Below are positions 52,565 to 64,000 of a stretch of DNA of 64,000 nucleotides, one piece after another. The position numbers and the translations under genes are program-made. Under the pieces are notes generated by a model that was not told the origin of the DNA, ran no database searches, and saw only the letters and a program-made list of their open reading frames with translations. This stretch comes from Azolla caroliniana (Eukaryota; Plantae; Polypodiophyta). The stretch's first letter is position 1; every line of letters starts with the position of its first letter. Location of the stretch: the NCBI GenBank assembly GCA_043228905.1, contig JBHGNT010000003.1, forward strand, positions 14,942,001-15,006,000. Reading direction: 5' to 3'.

Positions 52565-53453
52565 CATAGTATGAACCATGCGTACCATTCGTGTTCGAGA
52601 ATGATTCAATCATTCGAGATGGGTAAACACCCTCGAAGAATGATAAATACCATACTTTTGGTTAAATTATTTACTATAAGGTAAATATTTTTTCAAGGTA
52701 AATTTTTTTTTAAAAATTACAAAAATTATAACAAAATTAAAGAAAATTACAAAACAATTACAGAAATTACAATAAAATTACACCAAAATTACAGAAATTA
52801 CAGAATTTGTATAGAAATTACAGAAATTACTGCAATTACAACGAAATTACAACAAATTTACAGAAATTACAGAAATTATACAAAAATTACATAAATTACA
52901 TAAATTACAACGAAATTACAAAAAAATTACAAAAATTACAGAAATTATACAGAAATTACAGAAATCACATAAATACAAAACAATTACAGAAATTAAAAAG
53001 AATTTATAGAAATTACAAAAATTATAAAAAAATTACAAAAATTACAAAAAAAACTACAAAAATTAGTGAAAAATTATAGAAATTTCTGTACATAGAGTAC
53101 ATACTATGACCTAAACATTCAACAACTTTAAATCCTATTATTAACCCTTAACATACATGAATATCGTTGGTATGCAGAAAGTAATGACCGGGAGAAGGTG
53201 TACGATGCAAGCAACAGATCGTTCCAACAGTAGGTTGTTGAAGGAAAAGGGGGAAAAGGGGGGGAGAGCAGAGCGTAGCGTTGATGTGCAGAGGAAAAGG
53301 GGGGAAAAGGGGGGAAAAGAGGGGAAAAACCCCCCAAAAAAGGCAAAAATAACAAAAAATAAAAACACACGAATTTTTTAATATCATTCGTGTTCGTTTT
53401 CCAACGTAGGAAAACGAATGATGTAGTAGATGAACAAAACTTTACATACTATG
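52565..53453. mobile_element. Non-autonomous hAT element (889 bp) with an internal AAATTACAG minisatellite (~52713-53085)
   Basis: TIRs CATAGTATG / CATACTATG; perfect 8-bp TSD GTGTGTGG at 52557-52564 and 53454-53461; subterminal GTGTTCG/CGAA motifs. Confidence 0.88.
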
Positions 53454-54366
53454 GTGTGTGGTATGGTGGCATCCCAAACCTGTGATAGTGGAATTATGCC
53501 AGAAGGTAGAAATTGCACTTGAATGCATTAGAGTATCATGCCACAATGTTCATATCCTTAGTGTAGAGATCATGACATGAGGATCAAGATGTTGAACAAA
53601 TGCCATGAGCATAGATTGTCTCTTGCGCATGTATGAAATCAAATTACTAGAGCAATTGTCAATTACCTATGATGATTTGAACTTGCAACATTAATAAATT
53701 GTAATAATGTGATGTATAGAAGGCAATTGGTTGATCCTCACATACAATCATTTGACAAGGGCCTCATAAGGATGCAAGGTGTAGTGAGGTAACAACCAAT
53801 GTGAACACAACACCATAGGAGGATCATATATGGATGCATATATATGTATATGGTGTGATGACCAATACTAATCGTGTGTTCATATCAATAACGCATAATA
53901 GGATCACACACGAATATATAGTACTGAGTGATAATCATTGCATTTGATGTGCAATAGGTAGAGGGACCAATCATCGCATAATGGGATACAACATTTATCG
54001 AGGCATAAAATATTGAGTGCCAGGGTAATGGAATGAAGATCCCCATAAGAAGCATTTGGTGACATAGGCTATCGAAGCCCCGAACAAAGAGGTTGGAAGA
54101 AGTTGTATGGATCGATCAAGGATGGGGCAATAGTTAGCGATCACGTAATATGGAGCATGCAGGTCAGGATGACGACAATGGGGTGAGACTTCCTCGAAAG
54201 AAGCGATGGGTGGCCAGTAAAGTATACCCATCGGCCAACTCCTTCAACTGCATCGTTCCTTCTTGCTCGATGTTGAAGACGAGCATGTGTGTTTGAGATA
54301 GATAGATAGATTATATTATCGTCTTTGGAGGTCAAATATGACCTATGAGACCAAAAATATTACATT

Positions 54367-57300
54367 TCACGTGATACGTGTGAAAGTGAGTAGTGACTCT
54401 CGATGTTCAAGAACTTTACCAATGAATGTTGCAATCGAGAGTGCACATTGTGGTTGTGAGAGGAATTCATGCAAAGATTGGGCTCGATCGAAGAGATGTG
54501 GAAAGCATGGTCGAATATGATCAAAGGCAGAGCATTGTATCAAAGTGTGATACTCAGACTTGCGAACTTGTTTAGGGCAAAGTGTGCATAGTCGACCACT
54601 CTCATCACTTGTACCCCAACGCCCTGTTTCACATCGCAATGCATGTGAGCTAAGTCGCATGGAAGCAATGGTTCGAATGGCAGATAACGGTATGGGCTCT
54701 AACATGTATGGATGTGTACGATTTCCCCGTTCCTCAAAGAATATGGTTTTGTAGTTAGGTGCAACATGTGTAGTATAATGTGTGAAGCGTGAGCCTCCAC
54801 ATTTGTCCCATGTCATGATACATTGGCGTTGCAAAAATGCCTCATTTACTGAGGAATCTAATGATGCATCATGAAGCAAGTGTCTCGCATCACATCTACC
54901 AAACCATTTTTCTATATCTTGCATCCAACTGGAACACAAAATTTTGCTTTTATGCGTCTTTTGGATCTTTTTGCTTGCTTCCCATGCAATTCTAGGAAGT
55001 CGATGTGAGGGACTTTTTTGAACCTTAAGCATGTATTCAACAACCCTTTCCATGGCCATGATCTCAATGGGAAGCGATTCCGTCTCAAGGAGGAGGGTGT
55101 AGGGCGTTTGTTTCTTAACTTGTAGAAACTTGGTAAGAAAATGCTTTTGGACATTTTCAAACTCTTTCCACATAGATTTAGGGATACCGCCCCATACTTC
55201 CACCCCATAAAGAAGAACCGGTGTCACCAAAGTGTCGAAAAGATATTTCTTGAGGACCCAACACTTAATATCTCCAAGATTGCATGTGTTCAAATGCATA
55301 GTATGCTCACTTGCCCGCCTCTAAGCGGCGTGTAGCACATTCATTCCATCTATGATTTGAAGGAACTTTAAGGCCAAGATGTTTGAAGCTTTCCACACAT
55401 TCAAGTGGCTCATTGTTGTACATAATGCATGGTTTATCTCTTTTTTGGCTCTTCACAAGCATAATCTTTGTTTTAGAGCTATTGACACTTAATTTAGTAT
55501 GCATGCAAAATTTTTCCAATGCCTTCATAAGCTTTTGTGCATCTCCTAAAGTATTTGCAAAAAGCACTACATCATCTGCATATAGCAAAAGCATAATCAC
55601 AACATTCCCAATGGCAACTTCTTCAGCACATTCTTCCTTTGCAAACTTGGTAACCATTTCTTCCAATTCATCAATGCATAGACCAAATAGTGTTGGTGAG
55701 AGTGAACATCCTTGCTTAACACCAATAGTGCTTTTGAAAAAATCTGAAAGTTTATCTCTCATGCGCACACAACATATAACCTTCTCATAAATTCGGGAAA
55801 TTGAAAGCATATATTCACTTGGCACCTCAAGTTCTTCCATTCACCTCCAAAGATGCTCACGAGGTACCATATCAAAAGCTTTCTTGAAGTCTACAAAGCA
55901 ACAATATAAACCTTTACCTCTAAGGCGACTTTCCTCCATTAATACTCGAAGGGTGATAAGGTGATCAATGGTGCTATGGTGTTTCCGAAAGCCAGCTTGT
56001 CCATAAGCTCTCTTACCACTTTTTTCAGCCCATACACTTATCTTTGATTCCATTATACATCCAAATAGTTTTGCCATTAATGAGCCAACCATGATGGTTC
56101 GATAGTTGTTTACATTATTTATATCTCCACCTTTATGTAAAGGTTTGATCCAATTTGTAGACCAATCGTACGGCATACCATATTGCAATGCATCATTAAA
56201 CATATCGCTTATCCATATATGTGCTTCCTTTCCCGTCCATTTGAGCATTTCAGCCTTTATACATTGAAGATCACTTGCCTTTCGAGAGGCCAATTTCTTA
56301 AGTCCTATGCATATATCTTCAATTGTAAAGAAGGGAGGCATATGTGAAAGAGAACCATAACACATCATCTTTCCGGCAAGAGATAACTCATATAAATTCT
56401 TACAATGCATAGACAAGTCATGAAGAGTTAAGTAACCATAACTCTCAACACGTTTTCCCTTTAGATTTCCCCAAAATTTAGCACATGCATGTGCTTTCTC
56501 TTGCGTTTGGATAAATTGTTGAGTAACTTCCCATATTCTTCTCTTTCTTTGAATAAGCCTTTTATACTCATGCAAATGCTTCTGGTAATTCTCTTTATCC
56601 TTAACTACATCCAAAACCATAAGGCACTTTCGAGCTTCACGACATTCTTTATCAAACCATTTTTTCCTAAGTTTCTTGGTGCATTTCCAAGATGTGCGGT
56701 TGGTCGAAAAACATTTGTTTGTACATGAGAGAATGACTTTCTTGAAAGCTTCCCATTTGCATTCTAGTGTCGCACCATGTTGTATCTTTGTCATTTGTAA
56801 CATATCCTCAACCATCTTGGAATACATGGGTGCTCGCTTAAGGTTCATGCTCAAGTGCGGTTGTTTATTATCTTCAATAGCATTCTCACAATCAAACCTA
56901 TGCATACATTTGAGATCAATACATAAAGGCCTATGATCGGATTCCGGTGTCCATTCACCAAGTGAGAATTTATGTATACGATCCAAAATACCTTCAGAAA
57001 GTAGCACATAATCAATCACACTATTTCCGTTGTGTTTTCTACATGTAAAACCATTTGTGTTGGGCCATAAGGAAATACCATTTGCAATAAGCAATCCGGT
57101 ACTATTGCACATTTGTAGGAGTAACTTCCCAAATTGGTCCGTATCTTTTTCATCGCTAGAAGAGCGGTTATACATTTGCATATCCTCTTGCATCCTTGAG
57201 ATATGTGGCATGAAAGATTCTTGTGAATCAAGTTGGAAACTTCTTGTACGAGCATTCATGTCACCAAAGACAATAACTTCCCCTTTGGATTTGAAATAAG

Positions 57301-57739
57301 CAATATCATCTTTTAGATTGGCAAACGGTTGATCTTTATCCAAACAAGCATAAAAGTTAGAATCTTGATGAGGAATGTAACATCCAACTACAAAAGTGGG
57401 CAAATAATTAGGTGTTTCTATTTTGAGCCATATGTAGCATTTATTTTCATCATTTTTTATGATTGAGACATATTTCTCTATTTCCTTCTTAATCAAACAT
57501 GCCACCCCTCCTTGTCCTCTTCTTTGTCTTGGATTTTTCTTCCATATCAAAGAGTGTACATTATAGTTTCCTAAACCTTGAATCCTTTGAGTATCATGCT
57601 CCCATGTTTCAACAAGAAGTGTGATATTCGAGTCATCGGTGAACCCCTCTATGCCAAATCCTGCATTCCATGGGTATCCATTGCAATTCCAAAAACATAG
57701 TCGTAAAAGGCGTGGGTTAGTCTCATAGATCACATGTCC
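54367..57739 (-). pseudogene. LINE ORF2 (APE endonuclease, RT, zinc knuckle) with two stops and one frameshift
   Basis: FWNCNG, LVETW, GDMNAR, IDY, SDH, NYRTI, QAGFR, FVDFKKAFD, GVKQGC.LSP.LF, LYADD. TGA at 55841 and 55307; frameshift ~55290. Confidence 0.92.
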
Positions 57740-58608
57740 CTATTTGCCTACATTTCCATCTTTAGGCACATCCTTAACCTTGTTTTTCAATCTTTCTTCA
57801 TATGCTTTACGACGAGCATTTTGTTGTGAGATAGTACGATCTTCACTCACAAAGAATTGTGTACCTTGAGGTATACCCAACTATTTTCGAGTATGATCCG
57901 CTGCTTTGTATCATCTGTCATTGTGCATACAATAGGCCTTTCTCCGGAGCGAGTAACACCATGTTTCCCAACTCGGTGTGCCCCATATACATTCACATCT
58001 GACATCCCATAATGCATGCTAAAAAATTCACCAATGGCCTTTCCAAGGGATGCGGGTGTTTCCATACTCTCTTCTTTAATCCCACGGACAACAATGTTCT
58101 TTGATCGTCGTTCACGTTCTTTCAATTCTCGGACATCTATGCTTTCTATATTCTTCTCTTGATGCATCACATGCATATTAGATGAATTTGATAGCACATC
58201 CCCACCACATACATCGGCCCATGACTTCGTTGTACATACATTTTTCATCTCACTTACATCCCGCCTCATCGTGTCCAATTTTTCTTCTTTTAATGCTTCC
58301 TTTAACTCAATCTTGTTAAGCCACTCATTTGTTTCAAAAGAAGCTCTTTTACATTCTTGAATCTCTTCTTGAAGTTTTGCAACCACTTGTTTAAGACTTT
58401 CATTCTCAATGACAACACTTTGGAGCTTAGTATTCTCTTTCATTAATGTCCTAATCTCTTCACCTTGCTTGTTTATGGTTTCTTGAAGAGAAATCAAGCG
58501 ACTCATAAGCATTTTGTCCATTGCATTAGAATCGAGATTTGTTGGTGATCTCGGCTCATTATCAATCATACCCCCCAACTTTGCGGCGGTTTTACGAGTA
58601 TTTGCCAT
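57740..58608 (-). pseudogene. LINE ORF1 (coiled coil plus RRM-like region) with a 1 bp frameshift near 57866
   Basis: ERRSKNIVVRGIKE, AHRVGK..RPIV; the restored frame gives LKGTQFFVSEDRT...VGK then TAG at 57740-57742. Confidence 0.8.
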
Positions 58609-58914
58609 TGTAGGGACAAACCCTACGGGAAAAGAGAGACAGAGAGGGAAGGAGAGAGAATGTACCTTTCACTCGATTTAGGGCTTCAAAATCTACCTTC
58701 CGTTTGAGGAACCGTGGGGCAAAGATGGCTGCGGATGAAAATGCTCATAACTTCTCGCCACGGTAATGGAATTCAGTAAATGAACATTCTTTAGAAAGCT
58801 CTTTGAGAGTGCTTTCCAACGAGCTATAGAACGTAGAAAACTATGGCCGGAGTGAACTTACAGAGAACTTTGAAAGAGAGAGAGAGAGACACACACACAC
58901 ACACACACATTTTT

Positions 58915-61900
58915 TAGCGAGGTTGTGTGGGTGGTTGGGATTTATGCCCCTAACCAAGTGACTCAACGTATTGCACTATGGGGTTCACTCCTTCAAACCC
59001 TATGTGTGGGCTGTCCAGGATTACTTATGGTGATTTTAACATGTGTGTTGATGCATCTCAATCTACTTTTGAACATTCAATCATGGATAATCCTGAGCAA
59101 CTTGCTTGGGATTCATTGCTATGGAGGTTTTGAAGTTGGATGTTTGGACATGGTTGCATGGGAATGATCCAGGTTTTACTTTCCAATCTACTCAACATAG
59201 ACAAACATGGAGACGGTTAGATAGAATGTATGTGATGCATGAGGATTCTTTTTTACCGAAATCACTTCATATGAGAGTTCTACAAGATGTAGGAACTTCA
59301 AATCACTTTCCTATTTGTTTGGAGATTTGTAGTCATGCAATTGACATGTATAAATCCTTACTTGGAAAGCCTCCATTATGCTTTAACTCTTCTCTTTTGC
59401 TTCAACCTCACTTTGATTCTGTCATGGAGCAAATTTTGATAATTTTTTCACAAATAGTGAATCTTAAAGGAGTTAAAGCATGAGATATCATGTTATGAAA
59501 CATTAAGATCATTCATCATACGTATGGAGTAACTAATGCTCAACGGAGAAGAGGACTTCTTCGACAATTCTCACATGTTCTCTCCAAGTTTAATGCATTA
59601 TTGATACATGCACCATTAGATGAGGAGCTTTTGGATATCCAAAGTCAATTGCAGATTATTATTTCTATTTGCAATGCCAAAGTTATCGTTATGCGAAGAT
59701 GCGCTCAACTGAGGGATGGGCTCATAGATAATCAATGTCAATCTCATTTGTTTTTCCAAGCGTTACATCCTATTTACTCGATCTAATTTGGTACATGTGA
59801 AGCACGCAGATGAATTGATAGTGGATCCTACTACAATAATTGACATATGTGTTCATTACTTTAAGGAGTTGATTGATCCACAATTGTTAATGACAAATGA
59901 GGTGAGTAGAGCACGTCATGAGTTTTATGATGTGGTTGGATGTATTGTGCATGACCTCATTAGTCATGAATTGGATGCGGATTTCACTAAGGATGAGGTG
60001 GACATGGTTTTAAGGCATCTTCCTAGTGGTAAGAGCCCTGGTTGGGATGGCCTGACAAATGAAGTTTTTAAGTGATATTCGAACATTTTAAAGGGGCCCT
60101 TAACTTTGATGTTTCAACATTCTTGGCATTCTGGTTGTATGCCGTAAGCTTGTAAGCTTGATCTAATTAAATTAGTTCCAAAGGTGGCATCTCCCGAGTC
60201 ATTTCATCAATGGAGACCTATTTCTTTGATGGGGGGGTTGTATAAGATATTTACAAAGGTCTTGGCAAATAGATTACAAAAGTATTTGCCAAAGTTGATA
60301 CATCCCGCCCAATATGGTTTTATTGCAAGTAGGAATATATTGCATAATGTGTTGAATGTTCAAATGGCCATGGATTATGCTCGAAACACTCGTCAAGGGT
60401 TGATTATGGTGCAATTAGATTTGGAGGAAGCTTATGATCATGTTAATTGGTCCTTTGTTGTTTGGGTTAATGCATACAATGGGCTTTGGACCTCGTATGT
60501 CTCGCCTCATATTTTCGTTAAGACAAGATGTTGTGTCTCGAGTAATGCTTAATGGGGGAGTTACATTAGATATTTCCCCACAAGATCTGTTCGTCAAGGA
60601 TGCCCTCTTAGCCCATTGTTACTTGCTATTGTTACTCATCCCTTGTTAGTGATGCTATCGAGGCTTGCAACAAATGGTGACATTGTGGGTCTACACCTTC
60701 CGTCTGGAGGGCAACTAGTAGCACAAGATTTGGCTGATGATTCTTTCATGTTTCTAAAAGCCTCAAGAGAGAATCTTGCGAAGGGGATGCTTGTATGGAA
60801 CCAATTTGCATTGGCATCCGAATTACATATTAATTGGAGGAAGTCTAGTCTCATATCATGTACTGAAAGGGATTTGGAATGTTTAGGATGGCAAGGCTCC
60901 GTGGTGAAGAAAGGCTCTATTTTTCGACACTTGGGCTATCCATTAGGAATGAATGTTACAAATGGTCAATTGATTGAATGTATGTCTAGTAAGTTGAGGG
61001 ATAAGTTCATGTATTAGAAGTGACAATCTTGGCCATTTCATGTACGCTTGAAGGTTGTGCAATGTATTATGGAACCCATGATATTATATTACTTGCCATT
61101 GTTGCCATGGACAAAGAAGGCTTTGCATTTTGTTTTGTAACCTCTTCGATATTTGTTGTGGAAGAAGAGGGATAAGATGGGAATCACTTGGGTTGTGTGG
61201 AATCATCTAGCAACCCCTAAGTGCTTGGGGGGAGCTGGAATATTTGAGCTTATCTATGGCTATGATGGCTTGTATATTTTCATTATTATAAGACATGTGT
61301 TCAAACTCACAACCATGGATATCTATTGTTCAATATTTCTTTGAGAACAAGGGTTTAACACATGGGAGGACAACAATTAAGGCTTCATGGTGGCAATTAC
61401 TGAATGGATGTATTTCACTTAGGATTCCAGGCTCTTCATGTGTTTAACCCTTGGTTACCTCATGGCAAGAAGCACTCTTTGTTATGTGTATGGAAACCAT
61501 CATCTAGTAGAGAGCACTGTAATTCTTTGCAAAAAGAGTTACTTGTGTCTTCTTGGTTATTATGCTAGCCAAGAAAGGAGAGATTGCGCTCTCAATTTAA
61601 TCGTTTGTTTTGTTTGGGAGTCAAAGAGGTGGAAGATATGGTTGAAGCTCCATCTCAAAGAATTTTGGAGTTTGTTGAAATGCGACAATTATTACGCATC
61701 CTGCCTATTTATGGGTTTATTTGGCAACAACTACAAAATATTGCATTGATGCAAGGTCCCTTACCTCTACAAACAGGAGAACAACCGTGGATTGATTGGT
61801 GTTTATGAGTTCAAACGCCGTTGTTACAAGTGACTATTAATCTTTTGTATCATTGCTATGTTGAGTCTCTTGGATGGTTACCATCTAAGGCTCAAGAAGA

Positions 61901-62400
61901 ATGGAAAATACACAAATCTCATAATGGGTGGTGGCATTCTAAATTGCCACTTGTAGCAAAGGTTTTCATTTGGAGAGTTTCGATTGGAGGATTGCCATTG
62001 AGATTAGCTCTAAAGCGTCGTGGAATACTCATTCAAATGGAAGATAATACTCATTGATTTATACAATGTCTGATTGCTTGTTAGATTTGGAGTTACATTT
62101 CTCAAATTTGGCACCGTTCAAATGGAAGATAATACTCATTGATTTATACAATGTCTAATTGCTTGTCAGATTTGGAGTTACATTTCTCAAATTTGGCAAG
62201 TTTGATCACGGTGTTATTTGACACCGAGACAGTGGGTGTTTGCACAATTTACACAAGGTTGACCCAAAATCAGAGATGGATATCGTTTTTCTATTTCTAA
62301 GATATTGGGGATTGCGCCATAATTGGAACATGTGCAACACTTCTATATTCGATGGTAGACATGGAGTGAAAGCATATATCTATGAAAGTTGAAGGGAGTA
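58915..62400 (+). mobile_element. Heavily decayed, 5'-truncated L1-clade LINE ORF2
   Basis: GIYAP, GDFN, RLDR, KSPGWDGL, WRPISL....YKIFTKVLANRL, LDLEEAYDHVNW, RQGCPLSP, ADDS, HLGYPLG, and zf-RVT-like KVFIWR. Includes an ~85 bp tandem duplication at 62033-62198. Ends approximate. Confidence 0.85.
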
Positions 62401-62894
62401 CTAATGTGACAATTTTATTTAAAATGGAGCAAGTGGAAATTCTTTCCTCAGTGAAGTCTTGTTCGTCTTGCCTATTGACAATTAAACATGTTCCACTACC
62501 CATGTAGTGTAGTGTAGTTAGTGGGTGACCATACTCCATTGTCACACCCAACCCATTGTAAGTAGTATTTTTCAGACACATTTATTAACATAATTGTGTG
62601 TTTTCACCAAAAAGAAGAGAGAGAGAGAGAGAGACACGCACACACACACACACAGAGATATTGAAGTGAGGGGAGAAAGCAAAGGTAAGGTTACTAGTAG
62701 AAAGTTGGAAAGAAAGGAATGAGTGAGTGAATGAATGAATGAATGTGCATGTATGTAAATTGTAATGATGTATGAGTACATACATATATGTATGTATGTA
62801 TGTATGTTACTAATAACTATGTATGTGTGCATGGGGATGGGGGTTGGTGTTGAGAGAGACAGACAGAAAGACCAGACAAGAGAGATTGAGATAT

Positions 62895-62929
<35 letters not shown>

Positions 62930-63027
62930 GAGTCTTAACACCCAGTAACATTTTTGGCATCTCTCTCTCTTCTTCTTCTTCTTCTTCTTCTTCTTCTTTT
63001 GTTTCTTGCTTTCTTTTCATTGCCACC

Positions 63028-64000
63028 ATGAGCAGCTCCCCCAGAAGAAGTAGAAGAAGAAGAAGAAGAAGAAGAAAGAACGCTAAGGATAACTCTGATT
63101 CTTCTTCTTCTTCTTCTTCTTCAGAAGAGCTCATTAGAGACCAACTCCTCACAAATTCTTCTTCTTCATCATCATCATCTTTATTAGACCCTAATCTTCC
63201 GCAAAACCCCAGTCTTGCGTCTTCTTTAGATCCAAATCCTGTCTTAAACACTACTCTTAATTCCGGAAATGGAGAACTACATTGTTTTCAATCCTCTTTC
63301 TTCTCTTATTCTCCAAATGGAACACAAATGGCTGACGGGACGACGGAGAAGAATGAGAGGAAAAAGAGTCGTCATGAAAATGGGTTAACGGGAATCAACG
63401 ATCATGAATCGATATGCAGGACCCATCATCAGAATGGAGCATACATCGAAAATGAATCAGAGAAAAAGATTGATCAGGAAATCAATGATGCATCAAAGAA
63501 GAAGATTCATGATCCAAAGGCATTATCAGAAATTGGCGATGAATCCAGGAAGAAGAAAAAGATGATGATGAAGAAGAAGAAGCAGCAGAATCTCGTTTCT
63601 TCTTCTTGGGCACAATGCAAAAATCAGAATATTTTCTCTTCTCCTTCTCCGCCCATAGGGGTGAGTACACGAGCAGAGACTCAAAATCGTGTTTCTCTTC
63701 CTTTGTTGACAAGATCAGAGAATCAGAACCAAGCCTCTTCCTCTTCTTCTCCAAAGATGGCGAAACCAAAGAATCATAATCATGTCTCTTTGGCGTCTTC
63801 TCCTAAGAAGGTGGAAGAATCAGGGAATCTGAATCTTGTAACTTCATATTCTTCTCCCCAGAATGTAGGACCAGAGATTCAAAATCACTATTTCCCTTCA
63901 GAAATGAGGTCAGAGGATCAAAATCGTGTTTCATTGTCTTTTTCTCTGAAGAAGGCGAGATCCGAGGATCAAAATCTTGTCTCTTCCTCCTCCTTTTCTT
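63028..64000 (+). CDS. 5' part of an unidentified gene: Ser/Arg/Lys-rich low-complexity N-terminus, open to the window end
   Basis: GCCACCATG start; 324 codons without a stop (MSSSPRRSRRRR...). Upstream CA/CT/CTT leader resembles that of the TMEM120 gene. Absent from the ORF track because no stop falls in the window. Confidence 0.65.
   Translation, partial: MSSSPRRSRRRRRRRRKNAKDNSDSSSSSSSSEELIRDQLLTNSSSSSSSSLLDPNLPQNPSLASSLDPNPVLNTTLNSGNGELHCFQSSFFSYSPNGTQMADGTTEKNERKKSRHENGLTGINDHESICRTHHQNGAYIENESEKKIDQEINDASKKKIHDPKALSEIGDESRKKKKMMMKKKKQQNLVSSSWAQCKNQNIFSSPSPPIGVSTRAETQNRVSLPLLTRSENQNQASSSSSPKMAKPKNHNHVSLASSPKKVEESGNLNLVTSYSSPQNVGPEIQNHYFPSEMRSEDQNRVSLSFSLKKARSEDQNLVSSSSFS

Larger units (their letters stand above)
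54297..58873 (-). mobile_element. Near full-length non-LTR retrotransposon, RTE-X-like
   Basis: ORF1 plus APE-RT ORF2 with C-terminal RLSSHAL.CETGRW..RLCTLC...EYH...C. Short 3' UTR ending in (TCTA)n rather than poly(A). 5' end approximate. Confidence 0.8.

Noticed and set aside
52713-53085. Regular short repeats that might suggest a CRISPR array or coiled-coil ORF (52807-53079)
   Set aside because: A 9-bp minisatellite without unique spacers, inside a TSD-bounded eukaryotic hAT element.
62817-63251. 144 aa minus-strand ORF rich in E/L/CV
   Set aside because: Antisense translation of microsatellites and of the plus-strand gene start.

Overview
Eukaryotic nuclear DNA from a land plant. Spliceosomal introns, plant Copia/LINE/hAT families and a plant tRNA-Trp primer site support this; the repeat and PPR-motif style suggests a non-seed plant such as a fern (inference). 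There is one complete host gene, a 10-exon TMEM120/TMPIT-like gene (5847-9921), and the start of a second Ser-rich gene at 63028. Between them lie about 52 kb of mostly transposon-derived sequence: a nest of Ty1/Copia elements and a gag-only LTR element (11-38 kb), two related hAT elements, a mosaic of captured host-gene fragments (MET1 BAH domain, plastid HSP70), an RTE-X-like LINE and a decayed L1. The most notable observations are (1) a MIRNA-like hairpin at 1336-1453 whose 3' arm is antisense to a PPR-motif coding sequence and (2) a three-LTR chimeric Copia that carries an inverted ~6 kb copy of a neighbouring element plus its flank. Coordinates and mismatch counts were read by hand and no database searches were run.
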